Shown: in pieces, positions 34,448 through 42,905 of the stretch
How the letters are laid out: every line of letters starts with the position of its first letter
Numbering within the stretch: the stretch's first letter is position 1
Source: Alphaproteobacteria bacterium
Lineage (GTDB): Bacteria > Pseudomonadota > Alphaproteobacteria > UBA9219
Direction: 5' to 3'
Assembly: GCA_009779745.1 (NCBI GenBank)
Contig: WRDR01000003.1
Span: 18,544 to 82,543, forward strand
DNA length: 64,000 nucleotides
Program-made: the position numbers and the translations under genes
The notes under the pieces: generated by a model
Databases searched by the model: none
Told to the model about the DNA's origin: nothing
The model's input: only the letters and a program-made list of their open reading frames with translations

Positions 34448-36957
34448 TAAGCAATCTCTTCCAGTATTTCGTATTCGTCATCGCCTTCATCGCTATCGCG
34501 TGTCACAGCCTTTATTGGTATAACGCAAGATACCCGCGTTCCTTGATGAGGAATGCTGGAGATATGAATACTTCCTCCGTGCAGTTCAACGAAACTCTTC
34601 ACCAGACTCAATCCCAAACCCACGCCGGATTGCTTAGCCGTTTTTCTGGAAGTTTCAAATTTTCCGAATATCTTGTTCAGGTCTTCTTCCGCAATGCCTA
34701 CTCCTGTGTCCGTAACGGAAATAATAATGTCTTTGTCATCGTGTTTTTTTGCTTCTATAGCAATCTTTCCCCCTACCGGAGTATATTGAATCGCATTGCT
34801 TATCAGGTTAAACAGCACTTGGCGTATTCTGTTTACATCTACTTCAAACGAGCCTACATCTTTGGGGCAGGTTACTGCAATATCCAAAGAGTGCTGTTTT
34901 GCCCAGTCGGAAACCATCTCTTTCGCAGAGTTAATAACTTCTGCAACAGAGATGGTTTCCGTCTCCAGCGTCATTTTTCCTGCCTCAATAGTAGCCAAAT
35001 CCAGCACATCGTTTATCAGCAGCAGCAGCTTTTTGCTGGAATCCATTATGATGTCGGTGTACTCTTTTTGTTTATCGTTCAGAGTGCCGAAACTCTGATT
35101 AGATAAAATTTCAGAAAAGCCCATAATAGTATTAAGCGGCGTTCTTAGCTGGTATGAAACGCTTGCCACGAATTCGGATTTCATTCTGTCGGCTTCTCTT
35201 AAAGCTAGGTTCTTTGCTTTTAAGGCGCGCTCTGCTTTTATAGAGTTCGTAACGTCCAGATAGCTGTTCAGCATAGCGCCGTCCGGCAAAGGAATAGATA
35301 CAAAATCCAAGACAGTATTATTAGAGAGTTTCATTCTTCCGGTTCTTAGATTTCTGCCGAACATATGAGATATAGCCGTCTTTTTATAGTCTTCCCATTC
35401 TCCGCTGTACGAGTGCAGGTTCTTAGTTTTTTCCAAAACTTCGGACACATGAGGCTTTGTATCCATAAAACCTTTCGGCAGATTCCAAATTTTCTCAACG
35501 GACGGGTTGTATATGCTGACTTTACCGTCAAGCCCGAAAACAACAATGCCCTCGGCCAGGTTGTCTATGGTCTCTTTCTGCACGTCAACCAGCGTGTTGT
35601 ACGAGGACTCCAGCTCCAGACGCGCTGTAACGTCCTCATGCACAAACATCAGCCCTCCCATAGGGTTAGGAGCTATAACCACTCTCAGCGTAGTTCCGTC
35701 TCCCAAGCACAGCAGCTCTTCCTGAGGCTCTATGATAGACGTAAACAGAGCCAGTCTGTCCTTCTTATACTTTCTAAAGTCAGTATGTTCGGGATATACT
35801 TGTCTTGCTCTGTGATCTTCCAATACTTCGCTGAACAAAGGTCTGCTGTCCAGAAAAGCCTCTTCGGCTTTCCATAGCTTTCTGTATGCGCTGTTGTAGA
35901 ACTCCAGTTTCGTATCGGCACCGTACACTGCAATAGCACTTCCTAGGTTCTCTAAGACCTCTTTATACGAAGAGGTATAGCTCTTTATAGCCTCGCGGCT
36001 TTCTTCTTCTGCGGTAACGTCTATGGCAAATCCGAAAAGACCCTTTTCATATTTGGTTTCATAAGGCATTTCCGTTATTTCAAGCAGTCTTCTGTTGCCG
36101 TTGACAATAACATGCCTTCTTTCAGACATAGTACTGCATTCAGCCAAAACCTTATTAGCCAAAGTTTTGCTGTTTTCCGCTACTGCGCTGGAAGGGTGAA
36201 GCTCAAGCTGCTTTTGGTAAATTTCTTCTTTAGTGCTGTCCATTGCGGACGCATAGGCATCATTGCACAAAACTATATCCAGTTTTTTGTTCCTGAACCA
36301 CATAGGTATTTTTATTTTATCATAGACTGCCTGCGCTTGTTCCGCTATTGCGGTGAGCTGTTTTCTGTTGCTCTTTTGAGAATCTGTTTGAGGCACAGGC
36401 TTTTCAAAGTGAGGCGAAAACCAGAGAGTATCCAGCAAAAACGGAGCTCCTTTGCCTATGTGCATTCTCTGTCCGGTGATTTTTACAATCTCGTTGCTGT
36501 TTTTTAACGAGACCGTGCAGGTAAAACTGTTTCCGGCACTTTGCAGCTCTTGAAAGAGCTTGCTTAGTTCTTCCGCCTCGTCAATTACATCAAGTACGTC
36601 CTGAAGCTGAGAGATTTTTTCGCAGCCCAGCATGCCTGCGGCATTGGCTGTTTCTTTCAGGACTCCTTGGGTAGTGAACACGCAATACCCGAATGGTGCG
36701 GATGCCAGCATAGCCTGCATTCTCTGAGCTATGTGTTTTATGTGCAGGACATGGGTTGCCTGCCGCGCCATGTCATGTTTTAGGGATTTCAGAGAAAAAA
36801 ACTGTTTTATGCACATTCCGCCGAAAAAGACGGTCAGTACCGGAAAGAATATGAAAGGATAAAGTATGCACAAAACTAAGATAACAACCCCTGTTAGGAC
36901 TATTGAAATCCTAGTCAGCAATAAGGTATGTTGCCCTATATTTAGTTTTTTCAGCAT
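34447..36957 (-). CDS. divL: DivL-like PAS sensor kinase homologue with Tyr in place of the phospho-accepting His
   Basis: 836 aa with N-terminal TM segments and several PAS-like repeats. The H-box position reads EFVASVSYQLRTPLNTIMGFSEIL (S-Y-Q where S-H-E is expected), followed by a HATPase domain (NLISNAIQYTP, DTGVGI, GVGLGLSLV). Tyr-for-His is the defining DivL feature. Confidence 0.75.
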   Translation of the reverse strand: MLKKLNIGQHTLLLTRISIVLTGVVILVLCILYPFIFFPVLTVFFGGMCIKQFFSLKSLKHDMARQATHVLHIKHIAQRMQAMLASAPFGYCVFTTQGVLKETANAAGMLGCEKISQLQDVLDVIDEAEELSKLFQELQSAGNSFTCTVSLKNSNEIVKITGQRMHIGKGAPFLLDTLWFSPHFEKPVPQTDSQKSNRKQLTAIAEQAQAVYDKIKIPMWFRNKKLDIVLCNDAYASAMDSTKEEIYQKQLELHPSSAVAENSKTLANKVLAECSTMSERRHVIVNGNRRLLEITEMPYETKYEKGLFGFAIDVTAEEESREAIKSYTSSYKEVLENLGSAIAVYGADTKLEFYNSAYRKLWKAEEAFLDSRPLFSEVLEDHRARQVYPEHTDFRKYKKDRLALFTSIIEPQEELLCLGDGTTLRVVIAPNPMGGLMFVHEDVTARLELESSYNTLVDVQKETIDNLAEGIVVFGLDGKVSIYNPSVEKIWNLPKGFMDTKPHVSEVLEKTKNLHSYSGEWEDYKKTAISHMFGRNLRTGRMKLSNNTVLDFVSIPLPDGAMLNSYLDVTNSIKAERALKAKNLALREADRMKSEFVASVSYQLRTPLNTIMGFSEILSNQSFGTLNDKQKEYTDIIMDSSKKLLLLINDVLDLATIEAGKMTLETETISVAEVINSAKEMVSDWAKQHSLDIAVTCPKDVGSFEVDVNRIRQVLFNLISNAIQYTPVGGKIAIEAKKHDDKDIIISVTDTGVGIAEEDLNKIFGKFETSRKTAKQSGVGLGLSLVKSFVELHGGSIHISSIPHQGTRVSCVIPIKAVTRDSDEGDDEYEILEEIA

Positions 36958-37058
36958 GGACTATACGCAGTAATGATTTAAATAACTGTTTTATAGCATA
37001 AACTTTGATTCTATACCATAAGAATCAGCTTAACTGCGAATCGTTAATGAGTCATTTA

Positions 37059-37184
37059 TTCCCCCTTCGGGGGAAGTGTAGAGTGTTGAGTTGATGGTTG
37101 CTGCACGTTTGTTTGTCACCCCCAAGCCTGCTCTTGTCATTCTCAAGCTTCCCCTTGTCATTCCCGCCTTCGCGGGAGTGACAA
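37059..37184. repeat. Cluster of REP-like elements: a tetraloop hairpin, degenerate GTGTGGA-type heptads, three tandem ~21-nt TTGTCAyyCyC units, and a terminal palindrome
   Basis: Read directly:
- TTCCCCC-TTCG-GGGGGAA at 37059-37075.
- GTGTAGA GTGTTGA GTTGATG.
- TTTGTCACCCCCAAGCC / CTTGTCATTCTCAAGCT / CTTGTCATTCCCGCC.
- TTGTCATTCCCGC-cttc-GCGGGAGTGACAA at 37156-37184. Confidence 0.7.
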
Positions 37185-37219
37185 TAGGGGAGACTGATAA
37201 AACTTACATTACAATCCCC

Positions 37220-37247
37220 TTGACATATAATATCAACTTATGATACT
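37220..37247 (+). promoter_or_regulatory. Candidate sigma70-type promoter for hicAB (TTGACA-N16-GATACT)
   Basis: The -35 is an exact TTGACA at 37220-37225 and the -10-like GATACT is at 37242-37247. This would put the transcription start at or after the first ATG, favouring the ATG at 37257 and a near-leaderless mRNA. Confidence 0.35.
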
Positions 37248-37511
37248 ATGCATAAAATGAACAACAAGCACAAAAAGACTTTAGACGATGTTTTTTACAA
37301 CTCTGTTAAAAGCTCGGTTTTGTGGGCTGACATTGAGGCTCTTTTTAAGGCTTGCGGTGCGGTTGTGGAGGAAGGGCGAGGCTCTCGTGTTTGCATAAAC
37401 TTAAACGGGATTATTGCTGTTTTTCATCGTCCTCACCCGCATAAAGAAACAGACAAAGGCGCATTGAAATCTGTACGGCGGTTTTTAACAAATGCAGGGA
37501 TAAAGCAATGA
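37248..37511 (+). CDS. hicA: Type II toxin HicA family
   Basis: 87 aa (or 84 from the ATG at 37257: MNNKHKKTLDDVF). W.DIEALFKACGAVVEEGRGSRV...NG..AVFHRPHP matches the HicA/YcfA pattern. Confidence 0.8.
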   Translation: MHKMNNKHKKTLDDVFYNSVKSSVLWADIEALFKACGAVVEEGRGSRVCINLNGIIAVFHRPHPHKETDKGALKSVRRFLTNAGIKQ

Positions 37512-37786
37512 TGGAATACAAAGGATATTTAGGCAAAGCCGAATACGATGATGAAGCCGAACTCTTTCACGGAGAGGTTATAGGCACAAACGATATTATC
37601 ACATTTCAAGGGGCTTCTGTTAAAGAACTCAAAAAAGCGTTCAAAGACAGTGTAGACGAATATATTGATTTTTGCCGCAAAATGGGAAAAGAACCGGAAA
37701 AAACCGCCTCCGGCAAATATGCTTGCCAAGAAAAACGGCGAGAGTCTGAACTCTTGGCTGACATCGGCAGTGAGCAAAGAAGTTGA
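37508..37786 (+). CDS. hicB: Type II antitoxin HicB family, C-terminal DNA-binding part apparently deleted and frameshifted
   Basis: MMEYKGYLGKAEYDDEAELFHGEV....ITFQGASVKELKKAFKDSVDEYIDFCRKMGKEPEKTASGKY is a normal HicB core. The expected RHH tail (..AKKNGESLNSWLTSAVSKEV) is readable only in another frame (37719-37799). Confidence 0.75.
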   Translation: MMEYKGYLGKAEYDDEAELFHGEVIGTNDIITFQGASVKELKKAFKDSVDEYIDFCRKMGKEPEKTASGKYACQEKRRESELLADIGSEQRS

Positions 37787-37795
37787 GAAGCACTA

Positions 37796-39082
37796 TTAAT
37801 ACCTATACGTATCCGCTTTGAAGGGTCCGTCTATAGGAACTCCTATGTAATCAGCTTGCTGTTGGGTCAATTTCGTAAGAGATGCTCCGACTTTTCCTAA
37901 ATGCAGTCTGGCTACTTTTTCGTCCAGTTTCTTCGGCAGCGTATACAACTCTTTCTTGTACTTTGACGAGTTCTGCCAGAGTTCAATCTGAGCAAGAGTC
38001 TGATTAGTGAAAGAAGCACTCATGACAAAGCTGGGGTGTCCCATGGCGCAGCCTAAATTCACCAAACGCCCTTTAGCCAAAAGAATAATGCGTTTGCCGT
38101 CCGGGAAAGTTATTGCATCAACCTGAGGTTTAATTTCCTCCCATTTTAAGTTCTTTAACGCACTTACTTGTATCTCGGAATCAAAATGCCCTATGTTGCA
38201 GACTATTGCACAATCCTTCATCTTTTTCATGTGCTCCAGATTAATAACGTCCATATTGCCCGTAGCGGTAACGAAAATATCGGCTATCCCCGCAGCCTCT
38301 TCCATAGTGGTAACAGCGTATCCCTCCATTGCCGCTTGCAGAGCATTGATAGGGTCTATTTCTGTGATAACAACCCGCGCTCCTGCTGCGCGCAGCGAAG
38401 CGGCAGAGCCTTTGCCTACATCGCCGTACCCGCAGACTACGGCTATTTTTCCAGCGAGCATAACATCGGTTGCGCGCCTTATGCCGTCTACTAAACTCTC
38501 TCTGCATCCGTAAATGTTGTCGAATTTAGATTTTGTTACGCTGTCATTGACGTTGATTACCGGAATCAGAAGCGTTCCATTCTTCATCATCTCGTACAAC
38601 CTATGAACGCCCGTAGTAGTTTCCTCGGACACTCCCTTTACGTCTTTCAATAATTCCGGATACTTTGCGTGCATGTGAATAGTCAAATCTGCGCCGTCAT
38701 CTAGGAGCATATTGGGTCTCCACCCGTCTTTTCCAACTATGGTCTGTTCAATGCACCATATGTACTCTTCATCAGTCAGCCCTTTCCAAGCAAATACCGG
38801 AATCCCGGCCGCTGCAATAGCTGCTGCCGCGTGATCCTGAGTAGAAAACACATTGCATGAAGACCAGCGCACGTCTGCGCCCAGTTGTACTAATGTTTCT
38901 ATAAGAACCGCGGTCTGTATAGTCATGTGAAGACAGCCGGCTATTCTTGCGCCTTTCAAAGGTTGCTGTCCTTTATACTCTTCACGCAGAGCCATGAGAC
39001 CGGGCATTTCATTTTCTGCGAGAATAATCTCTCTTCTGCCCCAATCCTTCAGAGACAAATCCTTTACTTTATAGTCAGACAT
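37796..39082 (-). CDS. ahcY: Adenosylhomocysteinase
   Basis: 428 aa. [23 protein letters not shown], the NAD-binding GYGDVGKG motif and HPSFVMS. Confidence 0.95.
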   Translation of the reverse strand: MSDYKVKDLSLKDWGRREIILAENEMPGLMALREEYKGQQPLKGARIAGCLHMTIQTAVLIETLVQLGADVRWSSCNVFSTQDHAAAAIAAAGIPVFAWKGLTDEEYIWCIEQTIVGKDGWRPNMLLDDGADLTIHMHAKYPELLKDVKGVSEETTTGVHRLYEMMKNGTLLIPVINVNDSVTKSKFDNIYGCRESLVDGIRRATDVMLAGKIAVVCGYGDVGKGSAASLRAAGARVVITEIDPINALQAAMEGYAVTTMEEAAGIADIFVTATGNMDVINLEHMKKMKDCAIVCNIGHFDSEIQVSALKNLKWEEIKPQVDAITFPDGKRIILLAKGRLVNLGCAMGHPSFVMSASFTNQTLAQIELWQNSSKYKKELYTLPKKLDEKVARLHLGKVGASLTKLTQQQADYIGVPIDGPFKADTYRY

Positions 39083-39095
39083 ACTAAGTTCTCCT

Positions 39096-39130
39096 AATTT
39101 TCAATTTTCCATTTTCAATTTTCCATTTTT
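39096..39130. repeat. Tandem heptanucleotide repeat, GGAAAAT/TGAAAAT family (5 units, reverse orientation)
   Basis: AATTTTC AATTTTC CATTTTC AATTTTC CATTTTT read directly. The reverse complement shares an identical 24-mer (AATGGAAAATTGAAAATGGAAAAT) with the 20521 array. It encodes the ubiG C-terminus (..NGKLKMEN) and its stop codon. Confidence 0.95.
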
Positions 39131-39814
39131 CTTCTCTGCCGTCAATATATAATTGATTTTAAGATTATGAGGAGTAAGCAGAAAACATGAACACACTAAG
39201 TTACAACTAATACCGGATATATCCGATATTTTAAAACCGCTTTTATCCAGCAGAGACTGTAGTTCAAAAGGTTGGATAAATTTATTCCAGTCGTGCATTC
39301 CTTTCGGCACCCAGTTCAGGATATGCTCCGCACAGATTACTCCGAAAACAAGACTGTGCATAGTTCTGTTAAGAGTAGACATTATAACAATGCCGTCTTG
39401 TTTCAGAAGCCTATTTATATCGGACAACAAAGAACTAACATCGCTGGTATGCTCCAGCACGTCCATCAGCAATATCACATCGTACTTAGCACGTGTTTTT
39501 TTAGCGAACTGTTCCAGAGAAATGCACTCGTAATGTATAGGCAGTTTTTTAGCGTGTTTCTTAGCTGCCGCTATGACTTCTTTAGATGCGTCTATGCCTG
39601 TAACCTTTGCTCCGGACTTTGCAAGCGGTTCGGAAATCAAGCCTCCTCCGCAGCCTATATCCAAGACAGAGCATTCTTTAGAAGGCATAGCCTTGCAGAT
39701 GTACTCTAATCTGGCGTCATTTATCTTATGTAGTGCTTTCCAGCTTCCGTCTCTGTCCCACCAGTCCTGTTTTTGCCTGGAAAATTTATCGATCTCGTCA
39801 GCGTCAATACTCAT
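39101..39814 (-). CDS. ubiG: 3-demethylubiquinone-9 3-O-methyltransferase
   Basis: 237 aa. EIDKFSRQKQDWWD, LHKIN..RLEYI, the SAM motif LDIGCGGGLISEPLA, LEH, STLNRT and PKGMHDWNKFIQP. Confidence 0.9.
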   Translation of the reverse strand: MSIDADEIDKFSRQKQDWWDRDGSWKALHKINDARLEYICKAMPSKECSVLDIGCGGGLISEPLAKSGAKVTGIDASKEVIAAAKKHAKKLPIHYECISLEQFAKKTRAKYDVILLMDVLEHTSDVSSLLSDINRLLKQDGIVIMSTLNRTMHSLVFGVICAEHILNWVPKGMHDWNKFIQPFELQSLLDKSGFKISDISGISCNLVCSCFLLTPHNLKINYILTAEKKNGKLKMEN

Positions 39815-39895
39815 ATTAGTGCTTGCTCATTATTAAATGTTCGTATAAAATGATTTGTTGTGTGCTGATTATATACATATCAAATGATATAGCAA

Positions 39896-41125
39896 ATGTC
39901 TTTAATTGTCATGAAATTCGGCGGTACTTCTGTGCGGGACATAGAAAGAATCCAAGCCGCTGCTCTGAAAATAGAGCAGGAAATAAAAAGAGGAAACAAG
40001 GTAGTTGTTGTGGTTTCCGCTATGGCTGGTGTGACAGATACCCTTATCTCTTACTGCAAAAGTGCTTGCCTCCAATACGATGAACAGGAATACGATGCTG
40101 TTATTGCTACCGGAGAGCAGGTTACTTCCGGTCTTATGGCTCTTGCCCTTAAAAACATAGGCATTAAGGCGCGCTCTTGGCACGGCTGGCAGATTAAACT
40201 GGTTACCGATACAGCGCATTCCAAAGCGCGCATTCTAAGAATAGAAACTGACGAACTCCTGAAAAGCATTCAAGGCGGCACTGTTGCTGTCATCGCCGGA
40301 TTTCAGGGAATCACGGAAAAGGGCAGGGTGACTACTCTGGGCAGAGGCGGTTCCGATACTTCCGCCGTTGCCATTGCTATAGCTCTTAAAGCGGACAGGT
40401 GCGATATTTATACGGACGTTGACGGCGTTTATACTGCCGACCCCAGAATTGTCAAAAATTCTTCCAAGATGCACCAAATCTCCTATGAAGAAATGCTGGA
40501 ATTGGCTTCCCTGGGTGCTAAAGTCCTGCAAGTGCGCTCCGTAGAAATGGCTATGAAATATAATATGCCTGTTCAAGTTTTATCTACTTTTGAAAACGCC
40601 ATAGGCTCCGACCTTATGGGAACTCTTGTTGTAAAGGAAACTAACATGGAAAGCAAAGTCGTAACCGGTATTACTTATACCAGAGATGCAGCTAAAATTA
40701 CTCTTATCGGCGTTCCTGATAAAATAGGCATCGCTGCCGCTATTTTTACTCCTTTGGCTGCCGCTAACATCAACGTAGACATGATTATTCAGACGGCTGC
40801 TACGCCTCAGGGCAGGACTGATTTGACTTTCACTGTGGGAAAACAGGACTTGGAAAGAGCCGTTAAGGTTATCGAAGAGAATGCCGATAAAATACAATAC
40901 ACAGAAATTACTTGTCTGAAAGATGTTTCTAAGGTTTCTTTGATTGGCATTGGTATGCGCAGCAATCAGGGAGTTGCCGCTTCCATGTTCAGAACTCTGG
41001 CAGAAAAAGGCATCAACATTATTGTTATAGAGACTTCCGAGATTACTATTTCCGTGCTTATCAAGGACGAGTACACAGAGCTTGCAGTAAGAGCACTTCA
41101 TGCTGCATATGGATTAGAGAACTAA
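39896..41125 (+). CDS. lysC: Aspartate kinase
   Basis: 409 aa. VMKFGGTSV, VVVSAMAGVTD, LGRGGSDTSAVA, DVDGVYTADPR and two C-terminal ACT domains. Confidence 0.95.
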   Translation: MSLIVMKFGGTSVRDIERIQAAALKIEQEIKRGNKVVVVVSAMAGVTDTLISYCKSACLQYDEQEYDAVIATGEQVTSGLMALALKNIGIKARSWHGWQIKLVTDTAHSKARILRIETDELLKSIQGGTVAVIAGFQGITEKGRVTTLGRGGSDTSAVAIAIALKADRCDIYTDVDGVYTADPRIVKNSSKMHQISYEEMLELASLGAKVLQVRSVEMAMKYNMPVQVLSTFENAIGSDLMGTLVVKETNMESKVVTGITYTRDAAKITLIGVPDKIGIAAAIFTPLAAANINVDMIIQTAATPQGRTDLTFTVGKQDLERAVKVIEENADKIQYTEITCLKDVSKVSLIGIGMRSNQGVAASMFRTLAEKGINIIVIETSEITISVLIKDEYTELAVRALHAAYGLEN

Positions 41126-42354
41126 ATTTCTGTCCAGTCAAACGCCAGAGTGGTTTTTATTTCTTTCTGATTAGTAAGTATCATAACCAGCCTATCAAAG
41201 CCCATAGCCATAGCTGCTCCGTATGCGCAGCCCAGCCTCATGGATTTAAGATAATTCCCGTCCAGCTTCACAGCTTCTTTGCCTTCTCTTACGCGGAGCT
41301 TGTTTGCTTCATTGAATAATCTCAATTGCTGGTCTGCATCGGATAAATCCGCAAAGCCGTCTGCTACTTCAACGCCTGCCATGAAAAGCTGGCTGCGCTG
41401 GGCAATCTCAGGCTTTCCCGGAACGCTTGCCGATGTTGTTGTTTGATACAGAGGCCACTCGGTCAAAAATACAGGAGCTCCTATGCCGATCTGCGGCTGT
41501 AAAGTATCCATAAGAATACTGAACAGGAATTCTTTGTTTTCTTTCCAGTCATCGCTGATATTAATTCCGGCAGCAACAGCAGCCTTATAGCAATCATCAA
41601 GCTCAAAGTCTTTCATAGCGTATCCGGTCAGTCGTTCAACTTCATCAAATACCGGAGTCTTTTTCCAAGGAGCTTTCATGTTAAGGGGAACGCCCTGATA
41701 CACTATGTCCAACGGCGATTTCAATGCTTCCAAAGCATGTATTGCAATAGCTTCCGTATCGTTCTCTATCTCTTTCATGGTCTCGCCGACACGCTGCCAC
41801 TCAAGCATGGTGAATTCCGGATTTCTGCAAGTGCTTTCGTCTCCGTTTCTGAAATTCTTAGTCAGAGAATAGAGCCTATTCACTCCGCCGATAGCGAGTC
41901 TTTTAAGCTGATACTCCGTAGACGTAATAAGATAATGACCTTCTACAAAAAAAGTATCCAACGCTATTTCCGGAGGCGCGCCGTTTATTATCAAAGGAGC
42001 GTCTATCTCTATAAAACCTTGATTGTCCAAATAGGCTCTGGCAGCACTGCGTATCACGTGCCTTCTTCTTAGAACTTCCATTCTTGTAATAGGGTTATCA
42101 TGAGATATAGGCAGTCTCCACCTTAAACCGTCATTGTCTGCAGGAGGCCAAAGCTCTGCTCTTGCGACCAGCGTTGCGTTTTCGCCTATAATCAGGCACT
42201 CCTTTGCATCACCGGAAATCTCTATGAGATCTCCGGGCTGAGGGGCAATATTTTTGAAAACGAAATTGAAAGGAGTATCTTCGTAATAACAAACCGCATT
42301 CCAGCATTTATCAGAAGAAGCGGCTGCGTCAATGACTCTGAGGATTTTACCCAT
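41122..42354 (-). CDS. EpmA/GenX-like class II aminoacyl-tRNA-synthetase paralogue with an N-terminal extension of about 90 aa
   Basis: 410 aa. The core aligns with EpmA: GFIEIDAPL (motif 1), LYSLTKNFRNGDESTCRNPEFTMLEW (motif 2) and GAAMAMGFDRLVMIL (motif 3). The N-terminal extra domain looks OB-like. The ATG overlaps the rpmG stop. Confidence 0.55.
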   Translation of the reverse strand: MGKILRVIDAAASSDKCWNAVCYYEDTPFNFVFKNIAPQPGDLIEISGDAKECLIIGENATLVARAELWPPADNDGLRWRLPISHDNPITRMEVLRRRHVIRSAARAYLDNQGFIEIDAPLIINGAPPEIALDTFFVEGHYLITSTEYQLKRLAIGGVNRLYSLTKNFRNGDESTCRNPEFTMLEWQRVGETMKEIENDTEAIAIHALEALKSPLDIVYQGVPLNMKAPWKKTPVFDEVERLTGYAMKDFELDDCYKAAVAAGINISDDWKENKEFLFSILMDTLQPQIGIGAPVFLTEWPLYQTTTSASVPGKPEIAQRSQLFMAGVEVADGFADLSDADQQLRLFNEANKLRVREGKEAVKLDGNYLKSMRLGCAYGAAMAMGFDRLVMILTNQKEIKTTLAFDWTEI

Positions 42355-42533
42355 TAATTCTTCTTAGACTCTTTGATTTTGCCTTCTTTGAAAGCCACGT
42401 GCTTGCGAACAACTGGATCGTACTTCATGAGTTCCAGTTTGGTAGTGTTATTCTTCGGGTTCTTTTTAGTCACGTAAAAAAAGCCTGTATTAGCAGAGCT
42501 AACCAATTTAATATCGTTCTTAGTCTTAGCCAT
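42354..42533 (-). CDS. rpmG: 50S ribosomal protein L33
   Basis: Below the ORF-track cutoff at 59 aa. My translation of the reverse strand is [59 protein letters not shown], the classic L33 pattern (GxFYxTxKN....KLE..KYDP..RKHV.FKE.K). Confidence 0.9.
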   Translation of the reverse strand: MAKTKNDIKLVSSANTGFFYVTKKNPKNNTTKLELMKYDPVVRKHVAFKEGKIKESKKN

Positions 42534-42569
42534 AACCTTGTATCCTATAATTAACCATATAAAAAACCG

Positions 42570-42763
42570 CTGCTAGAGCATAATTCGTTTATATTGAACC
42601 CGCGATACACGTATTTGCTTTGCAAATACTCTTCGCAAAAATAAGTGTCTGCGTCGCCAAAAGCCCTTGAAATAGAACCACTATTCCGGCGGACTTTTGG
42701 CTAGCATACATCTCATTTTTGCTCGGTCTCTCGATCCAATATAAACGAATTATGCTCTAGCAG
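42570..42763. mobile_element. MITE-like element or long hairpin: 194 bp bounded by perfect 27-bp inverted repeats
   Basis: Left end is CTGCTAGAGCATAATTCGTTTATATTG (42570-42596). Right end is its exact reverse complement (42737-42763). The interior has two further 8-bp stems (GTATTTGC/GCAAATAC and GCCAAAAG/CTTTTGGC). There is no ORF and no obvious target-site duplication. Confidence 0.55.
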
Positions 42764-42800
42764 AGAATGTCCTCAAAATAAGTCCCTTTGTCAACTATTT

Positions 42801-42817
42801 TCTTCCTGAAAGTATTT
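42801..42817 (+). promoter_or_regulatory. Copy 2 of the 17-nt exact repeat TCTTCCTGAAAGTATTT, upstream of the 42906 ORF
   Basis: Identical to 26566-26582. It is followed by AATTATGCTATTAAC (compare TATAATGCTCCAATTAAC in copy 1). Confidence 0.5.
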
Positions 42818-42905
42818 AATTATGCTATTAACTATTATATATTGTTTTTATAAATTATGCCGAAATTGAATTTAAGGTAAAAATATTATTTTATAGAGGG
42901 TTATT

